Positions 1 to 13,214 of a stretch of DNA of 64,000 bases are shown here, piece after piece. The translations under genes and the position numbers were made by a program. Position 1 is the first letter of the stretch; every line of letters begins with the position of its first letter. The notes under the pieces were generated by a model, which had not been told where the DNA came from, did no database searches, and saw nothing but the letters and a program-made list of their open reading frames with translations. This DNA is from Glaucostegus cemiculus (taxonomy: Eukaryota), in NCBI GenBank assembly GCA_976551045.1, contig CDPCPM010000160.1, forward strand, positions 1,736,001 through 1,800,000. Direction: 5' to 3'.

Positions 1-265
1 ACTGTAGACACAGGTGGCGGGGTAGTCAGTGAGGTTTTCAGACGATGAAAGAAGGACGAAGCTACTTCTCTCCAGCGCGGTACCTGAATGTCAACACTTG
101 CATCAACACAGATTATCTCCAATATTTTCAATCTTTTTCCGTTCTTTTTGTACAGAATACCACTTCGCTGCTCTGTTGCATATTTCATTCAAACCTAATC
201 ATTTTTCCCTACGGACGTTTTTTTTCAATTCTTGTGCACTAATCAACACCCTGTGTTTTCAACAG

Positions 266-541
266 AACCTGTTTCCGAACCCAATATTACAGCTAATGCC
301 ACCATCCTCATAGAGTACAATGACACCGTGAATCTTACATGCTTCGCAACAGGCACGGCGGTCTCTAATCTGTGGCTTGAAGACAATACCACGATAATTC
401 CTGGTGGCAGGTTTGAACTGGGTGCCGATATCATCACACTCACAGTTTCTGCAGTGTTAAGAACAGATGGACCGTTTAACTGCATCGCATACAACTTGAT
501 TAACGAAAAGTCAAGCCAGCCATCATATCTCCATGTTTACT
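266..541 (+). CDS. Gene A, A-type IgC2 exon (A3), intact 276 nt
   Basis: ttttcaacag|AACCT ... TACT|gtaagt. Encodes EPVSEPNITAN..LTC..W..DGPFNC..LHVY with two Cys and a core Trp. Paralog of 62040-62315. Confidence 0.9.
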
Positions 542-689
542 GTAAGTGTCCCAAGAGATCACTAGTTGCACCGTTTATTACCGGTCCTGCTGGGCACCAG
601 GTTCTAGGAGAGGGGTATTGCACTTGGGGATGGTTGGACAGTGATAACCTCATTAGACTAACAGTCAAAGTACTAGACAGTCAGATGAC

Positions 690-990
690 AGACGTGTCCG
701 AAACTACATCGGCAGCTGGGGAATTCAAATTCAAACATGAAACTTCGAAATTAAAGACTAATCTCAGTAAGGGTGACCAATAAACTGCTGCATTGTGGGG
801 CAAAAGGTCTGCGTCACTCATGTACTTCAGGGGAAGGAAATACGCCGGATAACCCGGTCTGTTCTATATGTGACTCCAGGCCCAACGATCAGGCTGACTC
901 CTTACCGGACCCTCAGTTCAGCGGCAGTTGGGAATGTATATTACATGTTGGCACTGCCGGTGGCAGACACCACCTGCGAAGCAATGAGAG
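690..990 (+). mobile_element. Old SINE-like element in A3-B3 intron (copies at ~62470-62760 and, partially, 32870-32990)
   Basis: ggcagctggggaattcaaattcaa..ggtgacca..ggaaggaaat..tatgtgactccag, recognised from memory as an elasmobranch interspersed repeat. Family not certain. Confidence 0.4.
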
Positions 991-2121
991 AACAGGATTC
1001 GGGGTGAGATTCCTGAACAATGAGGTCAGGCAAGAGTCCCCGCCCGGTACACCAGGGACAATTTCTACCGCTGACATCGACCAAAAAGGCTTCACTTGTA
1101 ATAAGTACAGAGCAGGACCTGTAATGACATTCGCACTGAGTTGCGCGGGCAACGTTGTGCAGCACCTACTATTCCTTTTGCTTCCTGTTAATTTATGAGA
1201 TCCTTTCGACCCCATGCATTCAAATACACATTTATCGATTCTGAAATCTAATTTTGCATTGATTCTATTTCAACACTAAGAATCGTGATCCTTGTATGGA
1301 ACGATGTGCTTTTACAGATGAGGGGTTTGATGGTAGTCTTTGAAATTCTAGCCCAGTGCAGAATCAGCCAGGAACTCTGAAAAGAATTCCACTCCCAGGG
1401 AGTTGAGGGCGATTTCAGGGCGAGGTCAGAGCTAGGGGGAGACTGTCAGCCTCCTGACGGAGGACCAGAGAAACCAGTAGGTAGAAACAGCTGGAGATCC
1501 ATGGCCTTACTGTGCATGTGGAGGGAATGATGCTGCCTCCGCGATAGACGTAGAACACCCATTCCCATTGGGTTTAACCTGAGTGGACCAAATTTACTTC
1601 CTAACATACACGCTCTTACACACTGGGTTTTGGACAGGGAGTAAGCCTCACCAACGCACTATGAGTGGGATTTGAGAAATTGCAATTTGCATGCATTTGC
1701 ACGCCCACATACCACTGGGTTTTATTGCGCATTTATTGCAGCTGCTCCTATGTTAGTTCAAGTGTTGATGAGCTGAGTGGCCTCATTCTGAATGGGAAAT
1801 TTTCCACGATTCTGTCCCCTAACCCAGACAGACGCCGCCAACCCCAGGAAGTTACAAGGCGAGGTGATTGTCACTGACTTCTGCTGTGGAGTTTTATATT
1901 CCAGGTTGTGGTGGAGACAGGTTGGGGATGTGAGGCACCTGTTCAAATTTCATGGAAATATGATTAACCGTGAGTGGTTTATAGAGAAGTCCTTTCTCCT
2001 GTGTCTTGGAAACGTGTTGGTGTGCACTCTCTGTGGTGGTGGGCTGCTCTCCCTCTCCTGCTCTGCTTCGCTTTTGTTGTTCTTGTAATATCCTGCCATC
2101 CGCTTTGTGTATTTGTTTTAG

Positions 2122-2361
2122 ACGGACCGGATCGTCCAAATATCACTACTAACCCTGACTCCCCTCCTTACACTGCTGGAAAACACTGTCACTTCAACAT
2201 GTTCCGCAGAGTCCAGGCCAGCCGCTAACCTGGAGTGGTATCTGAACGGTGCCTTTCTGCAAACTGGGCAGAAGCTTAACGATATTTCTCTGAGCAAGAC
2301 ACTTCTCAGGCCTATAACAATTTAACAGAAAAGTACAGTGCACTAGAAATAACTGTGCTCG
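2122..2361 (+). pseudogene. Gene A, B-type IgC2 exon (B3), frameshifted with internal deletion
   Basis: ttttag|ACGGACCG (YGPDRPNIT). One extra A in GGAAAAC versus the paralog at 63894, the GNYTC segment is lost, and the donor is gtatgc. Confidence 0.85.
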
Positions 2362-2594
2362 GTATGCAATACATTTCTCCTTTTTCTACCGACGAGAACA
2401 ACGGTTTTGGTGGGATCTCGGCTGTTGAACTAAGAAGCTGAATTTGTACGGAATACTGATTCAGAACATTAATGTTGCATACTACTCCTTAATCAATAAA
2501 GGTATTGATTACGGAATATCGCACTGTTTGCTTGTGTTGATAATCATGCATGTGTCCATATTGGACCTCAAAACTGGACATTCGCCTTCCTAGC

Positions 2595-3439
2595 CTGTAC
2601 GTGAATCCAGACAGACCAGACGTGTGAAAGCTTCACTGCCACCAATTTGAGTTGGAGGGGACTGTGCACTGGAGAGGGAGTCGGAGATGAGCAATAAATG
2701 CCAATCACGTCCATGTCTCGTGAGGAATTTTACAAACAGCATTCCAGGAGTCTCCAAGCTGGAGTCAGCAATACTTAGACACCTGCTGTACAAGCCAAGA
2801 CAACTCAGAAGTAACCCACACTGTGTATACAGTGCCCCTACCTGAAATCTTCACTGTCTATTTCCATCCACCTACCCTGTCTGACCCTGCGAGTTCCTCC
2901 AGTTTTCAAGCATCTGCAGTCTCTTGTGTTTCCATATCTACAGGCGGTTGCCGCGACTGGAATGCGTAAAATTGCAAGTTCACTCCATGTGACTGCAGAG
3001 TGAATGCACTCAACTATTCTGTACGTGAGTCCAGACACACCAGCCGTGTGAACGCTTCAGTGCCGCCAGTTTCAGTAGGAGGAGACATTGAACTGGAGGG
3101 GCAGTCGGGGACGAGCAATAAATGACAATCATGTCAATATCGAGTGAAGAATTGTACAAATAGCATTCCAGGACCCTCCAGGCTAGTTTTAGCAATACTT
3201 AGACACCTGTTGTGCAAGCCAAGACAACTCAGCAGTAACCCACAATATGTATACAGTGCCCCGACCCGAAATCTCCATTGTCCATTTCCCTCCACCTACA
3301 CTGCCTGACCTTGCCTGTTCCTCCAGTTTTCCAGCCTCTGCAGCCTCCTGTGTCTCTGTGTATACAGGCGGTTGCCCCGACTTGAATGTGTAAAGTTGCC
3401 AGTTCCCTCCATGTGACTACAGAGTGAATGCACTCAACT
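2595..3439. repeat. Tandem duplication, 2 x ~425 bp
   Basis: gtacgtga.tccagaca at 2597 and 3021; both units end gagtgaatgcactcaact. Confidence 0.9.
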
Positions 3440-4184
3440 CTTTAGGCAGTTTGCACCAATACTTCTTGGTCCCTCTTCCAACTTCTTCCAAAGTGCTCCT
3501 GCACAATTCTCAGCTCTGCTGCCCGGGTCGTTTGACGGTTACACAGAGACTTTCCTCGCTGTTTCAGCCGCCGGTCTTCTCGGTCGGCAGTCCTCACGGG
3601 AGGTCGCTGCTTGGCCAAGTCACCAGGGCAGCATCCGCTCTGGAAGAGGCGGCCCTGCTTCACCACCACAATCCCGGAGGGTGTCGGAGTTGGAACCATC
3701 TAACTCCCACGCACACCGGGGGGTCACACGGCCGATCGGTGTCATGAGAGCTCCTTGTAGATTAACCCCTCTCAATCCTATTCCTTGCTCTTGTTCTGCA
3801 GGCTATTCTCCATCCAGCGCCGCCCAATTAATTTCCGAGTCCAGAGTAACTCTATTTCTAGTTGGAGCAGCTGCACATTCCCATTTAATTCTAATTCCCT
3901 GCTTTAAAATCATCCCTCACATTCTCCTTGTATAACAGGTGGAGGCTATTCTCGTCTCGGAGCTGCGAGTGTGCAGCGCCACCAGCCGCTGAGCCCCTCG
4001 TCCGCCACGCTATTTTTTTAAGCCCATTCAAATGTCAGTACCTTAGCACTCACTTTTCCGTTTTTCTGAGCCACACCTGGTAGTGGGACGAATTGGATTG
4101 TTCAGAATTTCAGAGCTGGTACATTCGTGACGACAGGTTAGACATTTTTCTCCTGTCAAACAAATGTTTGCCAACCTAATATTG

Positions 4185-4420
4185 GAGGAATGTTTTTATT
4201 TTCCCAGATAGTGGTTGGGGCGTGGAATGCGCTGTCTAGGGCGCTGGTGGAGACAAGTACATTGTTCGAATTCAAGAATTTACTGGACAAGCATTATGAA
4301 GGAATTTAAAATAGAAGGATATGTGGGAAGAGGGGGTTAGATAGCATTGGGCGAGGTTTATAGGTCGGCACAATATTGTAGGCCGAAGTGCCTGTGTTGT
4401 GCTGCTCTGTTCTCTGTTCA
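4185..4420 (+). mobile_element. CR1 LINE 3' end fragment
   Basis: gtggttggggcgtggaatgcgctg ... ggccgaagtgcctgtgttgtgctg with a gttct-repeat tail. Boundaries approximate. Confidence 0.65.
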
Positions 4421-4425
4421 GTGCT

Positions 4426-5105
4426 CTGATGACAGATTACTTCATTGCCATTTCCCTTAAACCCACCTGCGGAAATGTGTCAGCACAGATGTTCCCCACA
4501 TCTGGGGCAACTGGAATAATCAGCTTCCTAACAAAGAACCGTGTAAAACTTGTTAGAGTGATCAGATTGCAATATTTGCCGTCATCGACTCATTTATTTT
4601 GTTCACAGAAATACATTTTCACCCAATACTTCCTCCATAAATATTTCGGTTCCAAAATCTCTTCGAGGTAACAGAAGTTTAATCACAAAATAGTACAGCC
4701 ATGTATTTACACAGCAGATTTTTAACTTTTTAATAGCCTTCTTTGTTGATGAAAATGCTCCCCATGCTAATGCCAGATTATTTCATTCCCATTTCTTTAA
4801 AACCCTCCCACGGTAATATATCAGCTCAGATGTTCCCCAAATCTGGGGCAACAGGAATAATCAACTTTCCTAACAAAGAACCGTGTAAAACTTGTTGGAG
4901 TGATCAGATTACAAGATTTGCCGTCATCGAGTCATTTCTCTTGTTCACGGAAATACATTTTCACACAATACTTCCTCCATAAATGTTTCGGTTCTAAATC
5001 ACTTAGAGGTGACAGAAGTTTAATCACAAAATAATGCATCCACGTATTTAAGTAGCAGAATGTATTACTTTTTAAAAGCCTTCTTTGTTGAAGAAAATTC
5101 TCCCC
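4426..5105. repeat. Tandem duplication, 2 x ~341 bp
   Basis: ct.atg.cagatta.ttcatt.ccattt at 4426 and 4767; ORFs 4399 and 4743 are paralogous. Confidence 0.9.
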
Positions 5106-5339
5106 TGTAAAGATAGCTAGTTATATAAGATCATGATTGGTTTGATATGTAACTGCTCGATTACTTGCAGTGATTCCATGCATTTAGAGCATGTGGCTGT
5201 CGCTGACGACCTCTGTACTTGTTCTGTAGCCCAAACTGGCCTTACGAAGGTGAATGTCAGCTGTCTTCTTAAACCACTGAGTCTCTTTCTGTTCTTGTAA
5301 CAAACAAACAGTTCCCACGCAGTGATTGGCTGTTGAACG

Positions 5340-5790
5340 CCACAACTAACCTGAACACATTCAGTGGAAAATATTTTACAGGACGTTTACTGTGGCTACA
5401 AGATTGGGTCAGAGTCTGGGAATCCTATGGTCAGTGTTTCACCGCCCAAAACGCCAAGTGTCTCCACAATCTACAAGGCACAAGTCAGGAGTGTGACGGG
5501 ACACTGTCCGCTTGCCTGTGGTGCTGCGGCCCCAACAACACTCGAGAATCTCCACACTATCCAGAACCAAGCAGACCGCTAGATCAGAGCCCCACACTCC
5601 CCTCGACGGTCAATCCCTCCACCACCTGCGCCAGTGGATCAGTGTGTATAATCTACAAATTGCCCGGCTGTTCCCCGCCCACGCTAGCCTGACAGCGGCA
5701 CCCCAGAAAACGACCTCGTCCACCACTAATTATAATGACAGCGACTAGAGAAGTACACCACCACCTGCAGATTCCCCAGACTTGAAAAGC
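5340..5790 (+). mobile_element. Non-LTR (CR1/L2-group) ORF2 C-terminal fragment
   Basis: TIYKAQVRSV..CPLA..AAPTTLENLHTIQNQA resembles the post-RT region of these LINEs. Confidence 0.6.
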
Positions 5791-7104
5791 TATTCGGAGA
5801 CTTCTCTGTCAGTGGGTCAACACCAGACTCGGGAGATTCTCACCCCTGCCTTCTCGTGATCGTCAGGGCAGGAGGGTAATGCCAGTACCAATAAGTGAAT
5901 AAGTAAACATATGTAGGAGATATAAAATGGACTATAGACCTATCATCCGTGCTTTTCCAACAGTTTAAATAGGGACACAGTTAACACTCTGGGATGAGAG
6001 AGGCAAGGTGTGCTGGAATTCTTTCTCAGAGGTCCCTGAGTCTTTGAAGTTCTCGGACTAGAAACAGCTATGAACAGTGAGTCAGTGTCTGTGCAAACAG
6101 CTGAGGCAGACGGAGATTTGGACTACGGGTAGGGGTCATGGGTCATGAGGAACAGACAGGAAAGTGGAGCTGAAGCCACTACCAAATCAGTCATGATATT
6201 GTGTAAATGTCGAACAGGTTAGAGTTGCTGAACGGTCGACTCCTGCTTCTGTTACACATGTTCTGTGGAAATAATAATTGAATCGAGGTAAAAGTTATCC
6301 TAGAATTTAAATCTCCAACAACAACCTTTTCTCGCTTAAGTTTCGTTTTTAGCTTGTCGTTAGTTGTCAATTCAGTCTGCCCGATAAGAATTAATTATTA
6401 ACTTGAGGTGTTTCTGAAATTCACCGCTGGTAGTTCAAGGGCAGTGCAGGTGTCTCTTATTGCACGTTATCCCTGCTAATGAGTAACCAGCAGATGAATA
6501 TCTAATCTGTGTGACATTAACTGTGGTTTGCAACGTTTGATTTTACCTGAACGCCTCACCAGTAAATATCCGAGTTAATCCGTGTCTTTTAATGTAAGGA
6601 AAGGGTAGGAGATGTGGAGGGGAATGAGGGAGATCTATCTTCACCCGGAGGTACTGGTTGAGGAGGTGTAGGGGGCGCACAGCAATTTCACAGAATTTCA
6701 CAAATGCTTAGCTAAACAATGGAATGCCAGGACATAGAAGCATGTGGACCTGGCACTGGAAATTGGGATTACTACGGATAGATAACAGCTGGCCGGCATG
6801 AACATAGCAGGCCAAAAGGTTCTGTTCCCATGCTCCGTGACTCTGTGGCTCTCTGACTGATCTGATGCAGTCCTGTGGTTGTTATCACAATGGACTTTAA
6901 CCAGCGTGTTTTTATTTGCTTTAAAGTCTCTTCATGAAAAAAAAGCAGAGAGGAAGTGTGAGACCAAAGGTGATTAACCGCAAATACCCGGTCAGTTGCC
7001 TTTGGAGAGGGTGAGGAGTAGAGTTGTGAGAACGAACTTCAATAGTGGAATGTCTTGAAATGTTAACCTTGCGTTTAACACCAGGAAGTATGCAGACAGA
7101 TTGC

Positions 7105-7283
7105 GATAGAGGGAGAGAGGAGAGACAGAGGAGAGAGGAGAGAGAGAGAGTAGGAGAGAGGAGAGAGAAGAGAGATTGAGGTGGAGAGAGCAGGGAGTGG
7201 ACAGAAAGAGAGGAGGATAGATAGACAGGGGAGGTAGAGGAGAGGGAGGAGAGAGAGTCGAGAGTGACGGCGAGAAAGAGAGA
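7105..7283. repeat. GA-rich low-complexity tract
   Basis: Imperfect (GA)n/(GGAGA)n. Confidence 0.9.
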
Positions 7284-8153
7284 ACAGTTGTTCACAGTTA
7301 CGGAGCAGATAACACGACACACTGACAGACGAGCAAAATTAATAAGCCGTAATTTTAACCAAAGACATCTCTTAAAAACGGATTCTATTGTTGTTTTTCA
7401 TCTGTGCATCCACATCTGTATTTGTTGTTCTTACAAATAACTGATTCATCATCATATGACAAGAGTTTACATTTAAACACTGCAATGCTGGCTTGCTTGA
7501 TCATTGATTTTACCTTTGCAGGAGGTCAAACATTGCCTTTTCAATAAATCTCAAGCACATCAGCAGCATTGGGTTGTCTGCCTTTCGGCCCCTCGAGCAT
7601 ACTATGTTATTCAATGACGTAATCTCTCTCCGTGTTCCTCAGAACACTTGACGCCCCGGTCGCCGAATACACCTCCGTCTCTGCCGGCTTTTAACACATA
7701 GTTCATGATCCCCCGCAGCTCTTTAAAAATGCCTCCCCACCTCCGGTTGAAGCTGGTGACCCCATAATTCTGAACCTTCGTCCCCAGCTGTACTATTTCC
7801 CGAGAAAAGGAAATATCTTCTCTACAGCTGTATTACTCTGGTGTGCTTGATATCAGATCAAACTGAAATTAAAAGTTATAACGCCAACACAGACCATGAG
7901 AAAAATAGGAGAAGGTGCCGGCCACTCGGCCTCTCTAATATGCTCCTCCATTCGAATCAATGCTGATCAATGTTGGCCTCAGCTCCGCTTCTGTGCCATA
8001 TCGCCTTAACCCTCCTATTCTTCAACTCCAATTCCTCTGCAGTAAAGGCCAAGGTGCCGGTGACAACAATGGCTTGGTGAACAGAGGGCTAGCGGATGTG
8101 AGGATACTGCGTTAAAATGTGCAACTCCATTTCTCCTTTACTTCTATTTACAG

Positions 8154-8434
8154 AACCCGTGTCTAATGTCATTGTAACACGCAGCAATTTAAGTCCCGTG
8201 AAAATCAACGATACAGTTGTACTCATTTGTGACGCGCAGGACACTATTCGTGGACGAAAATGGTTGAAAAATAACCAACCTATCCAGGAAAATGACAGGA
8301 TCTTTACATCTTCAGATAAAGCAAAGCTGACCATAACCTGTGTTAACAGAACTGACACGGGAACATATTGCACACGGGTACCGTAAGGAATAATTACAAC
8401 AGCGGCAGTGCAGCAATCTACCTGCAAGTTAACT
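8154..8434 (+). pseudogene. Gene A, A-type IgC2 exon (A4), frameshifted
   Basis: tttacag|AACCC; EPVSNVIV..LICDA..W..DTGTYC then stop. The G strand (VRNNYNSGSAAIYLQVN) continues in another frame to a gtaagt donor. Confidence 0.85.
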
Positions 8435-8521
8435 GTAAGTATGCAGAGTGCTCAAAATATTAGATTCCGTTTAATATTACTGATTACAGAATCCACATAC
8501 CTTCTCGATTTCTGTTTGCAG

Positions 8522-8778
8522 ATGGACCGGACAACGTCAAAATTCTGCCTCAGAGTCCAGTTGTGGTAGATATTGGTTCACCTCTTACATTAACTTGTTC
8601 TGCCCAGTCAGTCCTCAGCGGTGAATATAAATGGTACAATGGGACAAATCATCTGCAGACCGGACATCAGTACACCATCGAGGCAGTAAGGTAGGTTGAC
8701 AGTGGGAATTATACTTGTGAAGGTTATAACAACGTAACCATGAAACGCAGCAACGTACTGGCGAGGTAACCGTACGGG
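8522..8778 (+). pseudogene. Gene A, B-type IgC2 exon (B4), in-frame stop
   Basis: Follows an 87-nt intron. YGPDNVKILPQSPVVV..LTC..W..DSGNYTCEGYNNVT with TAG at 8692-8694 and a late frameshift; donor gtaagt. Confidence 0.85.
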
Positions 8779-11700
8779 GTAAGTCAATGTTTCTCTCTAT
8801 ATTTGACTGAGATTGTTTTCATAAAGATCTCACCAAGTGTATTTTCTGAGCCTCGCGCTCTCCTGCTCTGTCTGACTTCCTGATTGGAAGGATAATAATT
8901 CAGTGTTGTTTGGAACCTGAAATGTGGAAGGAAGTATCAGCCAAGACAGAGGGTATAAAGGTAGTTAGTTATTAGCCGTGAACCAGTTATTTTAACCTCC
9001 TTGTATACGGCTGTATCGATGAGGTTACATTCCACTTTTCACAAAGCTTTGCTAACAGAAAAACAAGTAAAACTCTGGGTGAACTTAACGGAGACTTGCC
9101 CCTGTTTCACTGTTTCAATGATGGAGGGACTTACTGTGTCCCTGCTTGTTGGCAGGGCCACCAGAAACGATTCTACACAATGACAGTTTCGTTTGACAGC
9201 TCCGCCTTTTGTGGACGGCATATTCTGAAGTTTTGAGATGCGGGAATGTTCCTCAACACCCAAAAACTCGGGCAGTACTAATTGAACTTCAGGAAGCGCG
9301 GAAGCAAATAATCCTGCGTGTGTAAAAATTAACAGCTGGGGATACCGAAAACAACAATTGTTGGGCCAATTACGATAATTTAAGTAACAGAATGTTCTTG
9401 AATGAAGTCAGAAATCTCGAGCAACCATCGGCAGGCCGGGCAGTGTCCGCGGACAGAAAAACTGCGTCAATATTTCAGGTTGAAGATCCTGACCCAGGGC
9501 AGAGAGTTGGAGGAATCAGTAACGGGGCCTCAAAGGTGAAGTGGACCGTCACCGGAGATGGAGGGAAATGAGACTGTGGGATTTCTCAACCAATTCTTGC
9601 GGAGGGTCTTCGACTTTAATTGTTAACTGTTTCTCTCTGCACCGGTGCTGCCTGACCGAATGAGTGGTTCCAGGATTTCCGCTTTTTATTTCAGATCTCG
9701 AACGTCTGCAGTTTTACGTTTCCCATTTTCAACAAGTTCAGATCATATAGCCGGTGTAGAAGAATTACCCTTTATCCTCAGACAAACGGCCGGACGCGGG
9801 GTCCGGGGTTTTAATGTGCTTACGGACTCTGTCTCGGCAGGGCATAGTGAGAGGCTAGTTGGAAGAGCACAAGTGTGCAGGAATAGAGACTGTTTTCCCT
9901 GAAGGTAAACCGGGTTTCCGGGAGGAGTCTCTGAGGATACCTTGGCTCATTGAGAATGTATTGAATTTGGAGCTTCAGGAAAAAAAGAGATATTGCGTAC
10001 AAAAGCAATGAAATTTTCTAATCATTCCTAATACCGTGCTTGGGCTACAAGTGTTGTCTGCTGTCCCGGTGGCCACGCCAGGGAGCATGTGAATGTCTAA
10101 GAATCTGCAGAGGTGATCTGTCGGCGTGCACCCATGGGTCAGGGATTTCAGTTCCCGAGACAGAGGAGAGAACCGGGGAATATTCCACCCGGAGTAAAGC
10201 AGATTGAGGGACGACTTGTCAAGGAGTACATGGGGACGTCTGCTTTTGGCAAACAATAAATGCAGTCAAGTTGTGTGGAAGAACTATTTAGCGGATGACT
10301 TGGAACTCACTGCCTACAGGTGCTGTAGAGGTGCAGGCAATTATTGATTGTGAAAGAAAATGGTGTCGGCTCCTGACAGAGATAATCTCGAAGCACACCC
10401 GGATAAAGAGAGGCAATCTCACTCTCTACAGAGCAACCATGAACTGAAGGGCCGATTGGTCATTCCTCTGCATCGCACTGACTTTATGACTCACAGACGT
10501 CAGCAGGGAAATTGCAATTTCCCAACTGTAAATGTTGGAAAAACTGAAAATGTTGAAAATATGAAATAAAGTGTCGGAAAAAATAGCATGTCAGGCAGCA
10601 GCTGCGGAAGGAGAAACGCTTAACTTGAACGGCTCCCCTCTCCACTGATGCGTTGCCTGACAAGCTGGTCTTTTCCAATATTTCTTTTTTCATTTCTCCG
10701 CACTCTTGCTCCCTGGGTCCGCGTTTCAGAAGACAAAGATGTTCAACCAAAGCTTTACAAAAGAGTTATTAAAAGAAACTGCTGCAAACATTCATCAGGT
10801 CAGGCAGCAGTTAACATTTCCGGTCAGTATCTCTCTGCGCAAGTTGCCTAACTTTCTGGGTGTTTGCAGGTTTTTCTGCAACTATTTCAGATTTCCAACA
10901 TATTCCGTTATTTATTTCATTCTTTTCATTTTCTGTGGAATTACTGAGGGTCTGACTTCACACTACTGGCCTTGGTTTGGTAATTTGACAATATGTAAAA
11001 ATAAAGCACATTCCTCTAGCTGTAATTTGATTTAGAGTTCGTGTACATCCGAAAGCAAGCGCCCTTTGAGATGGTCTGTGCGGTCACTCAGCTCAAGGAA
11101 CAGTTAGGGATAGCTAATAAATTCTGACCTCGTGGGCGAAGCCTGGATCCAAAAAGGACTCGATGAGGAATGTATCAAAATGCAGCAGAACCTAATTTCT
11201 CCTGACAGGTTATTACGTACGGTGATACGTTTTCATGGGGAGATTCGTGCCTTGATTCTGGTCCAGATGTGGATTAACCAAAACGGTTGTTTCCAGCTCC
11301 GCTTTCGATTTTTGTGCCACTCCAGGGCATGAAGAACGGCAGAAGGTTTACCGTCACAGTGGCCACGGAAAGCAAACCTCCACCGACACTGGAGACGGCA
11401 ACAGTTACTGATCAGTTTAGGCCCACTATTTCATCAACAAACGTTATTGTCTGTAATTCTTCATGTGTTTTATTTTCCGACCCATTTTAAACTTCCTCGC
11501 CACCAAACCCCCGGCCTACACACAAGCGGAGTGGACGCTGGACAGCACAAGCGTGTTCTGGAAAAGCAATACCTGACCTCTCTAAATTAAAAGCAAGGGA
11601 AATGGAAATTCTGCTTAGCTGACATCTGTTCGCCGAATTTGATGTTAATTTGAGAACAACGATTTTCTGCCATTTATTTTCTGATGTTTAAATCTCAACA

Positions 11701-11808
11701 ATCAGCTCGAAGTACCACAAGCAATCAAAATTGCACGGATATTGACTCTGTTTACTTAGTTACATTACAATGCATTACGTCTCGTTCTTTCCTCATTTCC
11801 ATTTTCAG

Positions 11809-11935
11809 CTCGAAATATTCGCTCTCCCGGAGATTTGTCACCTGGGGCGACAGCCGGGGTTGTGTTTAGTGTTCTTGCTGGAGTTGTAGTTGTGGGTTCA
11901 TTCGCTGCCTTGTCAATCAAGAAAAATGAAAACAG
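11809..11935 (+). CDS. Gene A, transmembrane exon
   Basis: ttttcag|CT ... AG|gtaaat, phase 1 to 2. Encodes RNIRSPGDLSPGATAGVVFSVLAGVVVVGSFAALSIKKNEN, resembling the CEACAM LSxGAIAGIVIGV TM motif. Confidence 0.85.
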
Positions 11936-13157
11936 GTAAATAGGTTTCACTCAATCTTTAGCGGTATGTTGATTATACTCCCCAAGGCCTGATGTCCGAA
12001 AGTAACCAACGATTTGTTGTTGAATAATTTGCGTTTCCTCTATCCTGTCAGCCTATTGGGTCCGTATTTCTACAGTAGTTTCCACACTTGCTCGATTTAC
12101 AGGTGCTCTTTAAGTCTGCTCTGCTTTTTGACGATTATTCATTCAACCCCACTACTGCAGTGTAGCAGTCAAGATGCTCCACGTTCTTCCGTGACATAGA
12201 AGGGACATTCGGCCCAGTTCCTTCCCCTTTTATTTGTAACTGGACTAACTCTACGCATACACGACAGGGGCACAGCAGCAACCACAAGTCGCTGGATCTG
12301 CGCATCAGCACTGACTGCTGCTCTGCTGAAATCGTCGGGTACAGAGGCCTGTATTATTAATCTGGCGTCTTTCGTTGAAATCCCACCATCCGAACGTGAG
12401 AGGCTGAAGATGGAGAAGATCACTCAGCCCTTCGAACCTATTATGCGCTACAATTTGATTGTTGATTTGATCTTGGCCTCAGTTCAACTTATCCCCCATT
12501 CCCAAATGCCCTTCACTCTGCATTGCACCAAGGATTTTTCTCTCGGCCATGCATATGTTCCATGCTTCCAACTCAACAGCGTGACAGAAGCCAAAGACTC
12601 ATCGCCTCTAATTACTCACCACATCTTCTGAGGCATGCGACGCCTTCTTCTGAACTAATCCCGCTTGTTCTGGAGAAGTTCACTGTGGGAAACAACAGCT
12701 CAACCTGTCCATCCCTCCTCAGAAATACGCTGCAGGTTCAGAGACGGTGAGAGCTAACTTCAGCTGACTGAATAAATCTGTCTAATGACCATGAACTGCA
12801 AAATCCTCACAAAGTCCAAGCCGATTCACACTTTCCATCTGGAACGCGAGTGTCCGTCACTATCTAGTCTTGTCTCCACGTATCTCAGAGACCATATGTG
12901 GAGAGATAAATGTATCAACTTAATATTCTTTCATCAGAAATATCGTTATTTGAGCATAAGTCGGCCGAATGTGATTATTTCTACTGGCGACTTGATTGAC
13001 GCCCAGACCACGTAATTTGATATTCCCGCTTCAACGTCCTGTTCTCTGCTGTCAAGGTGCAACGATTTGCTGGCGGAATTACCACTCACTGAATTAGTCT
13101 ACTGAAACAATCTTTTATTTTCAGAATTCATATTTTGATCCGTTTTTGTTTACTTCG

Positions 13158-13207
13158 GATGAAAGCTCCGGAGATATATCATAGAAGCGGAAAACCATGA
13201 GTAAACT
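13158..13207 (+). pseudogene. Gene A, cytoplasmic exon 1 (degenerate)
   Basis: G ATG AAA GCT CCG resembles gene B G GTG AAA GGT CCG; 50 nt, phase 2 to 1, donor gtgagt. The acceptor AG is damaged (ttcg) and there is an in-frame TGA. Confidence 0.55.
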
Positions 13208-13214
13208 GTGAGTA

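Noticed and set aside
542-783. C-terminal extension shared by ORFs 232-783 and 62006-62557
   Set aside because: It lies beyond a consensus gtaagt donor and runs into a SINE-like repeat. The similarity reflects recent duplication; a retained-intron isoform is unsupported.
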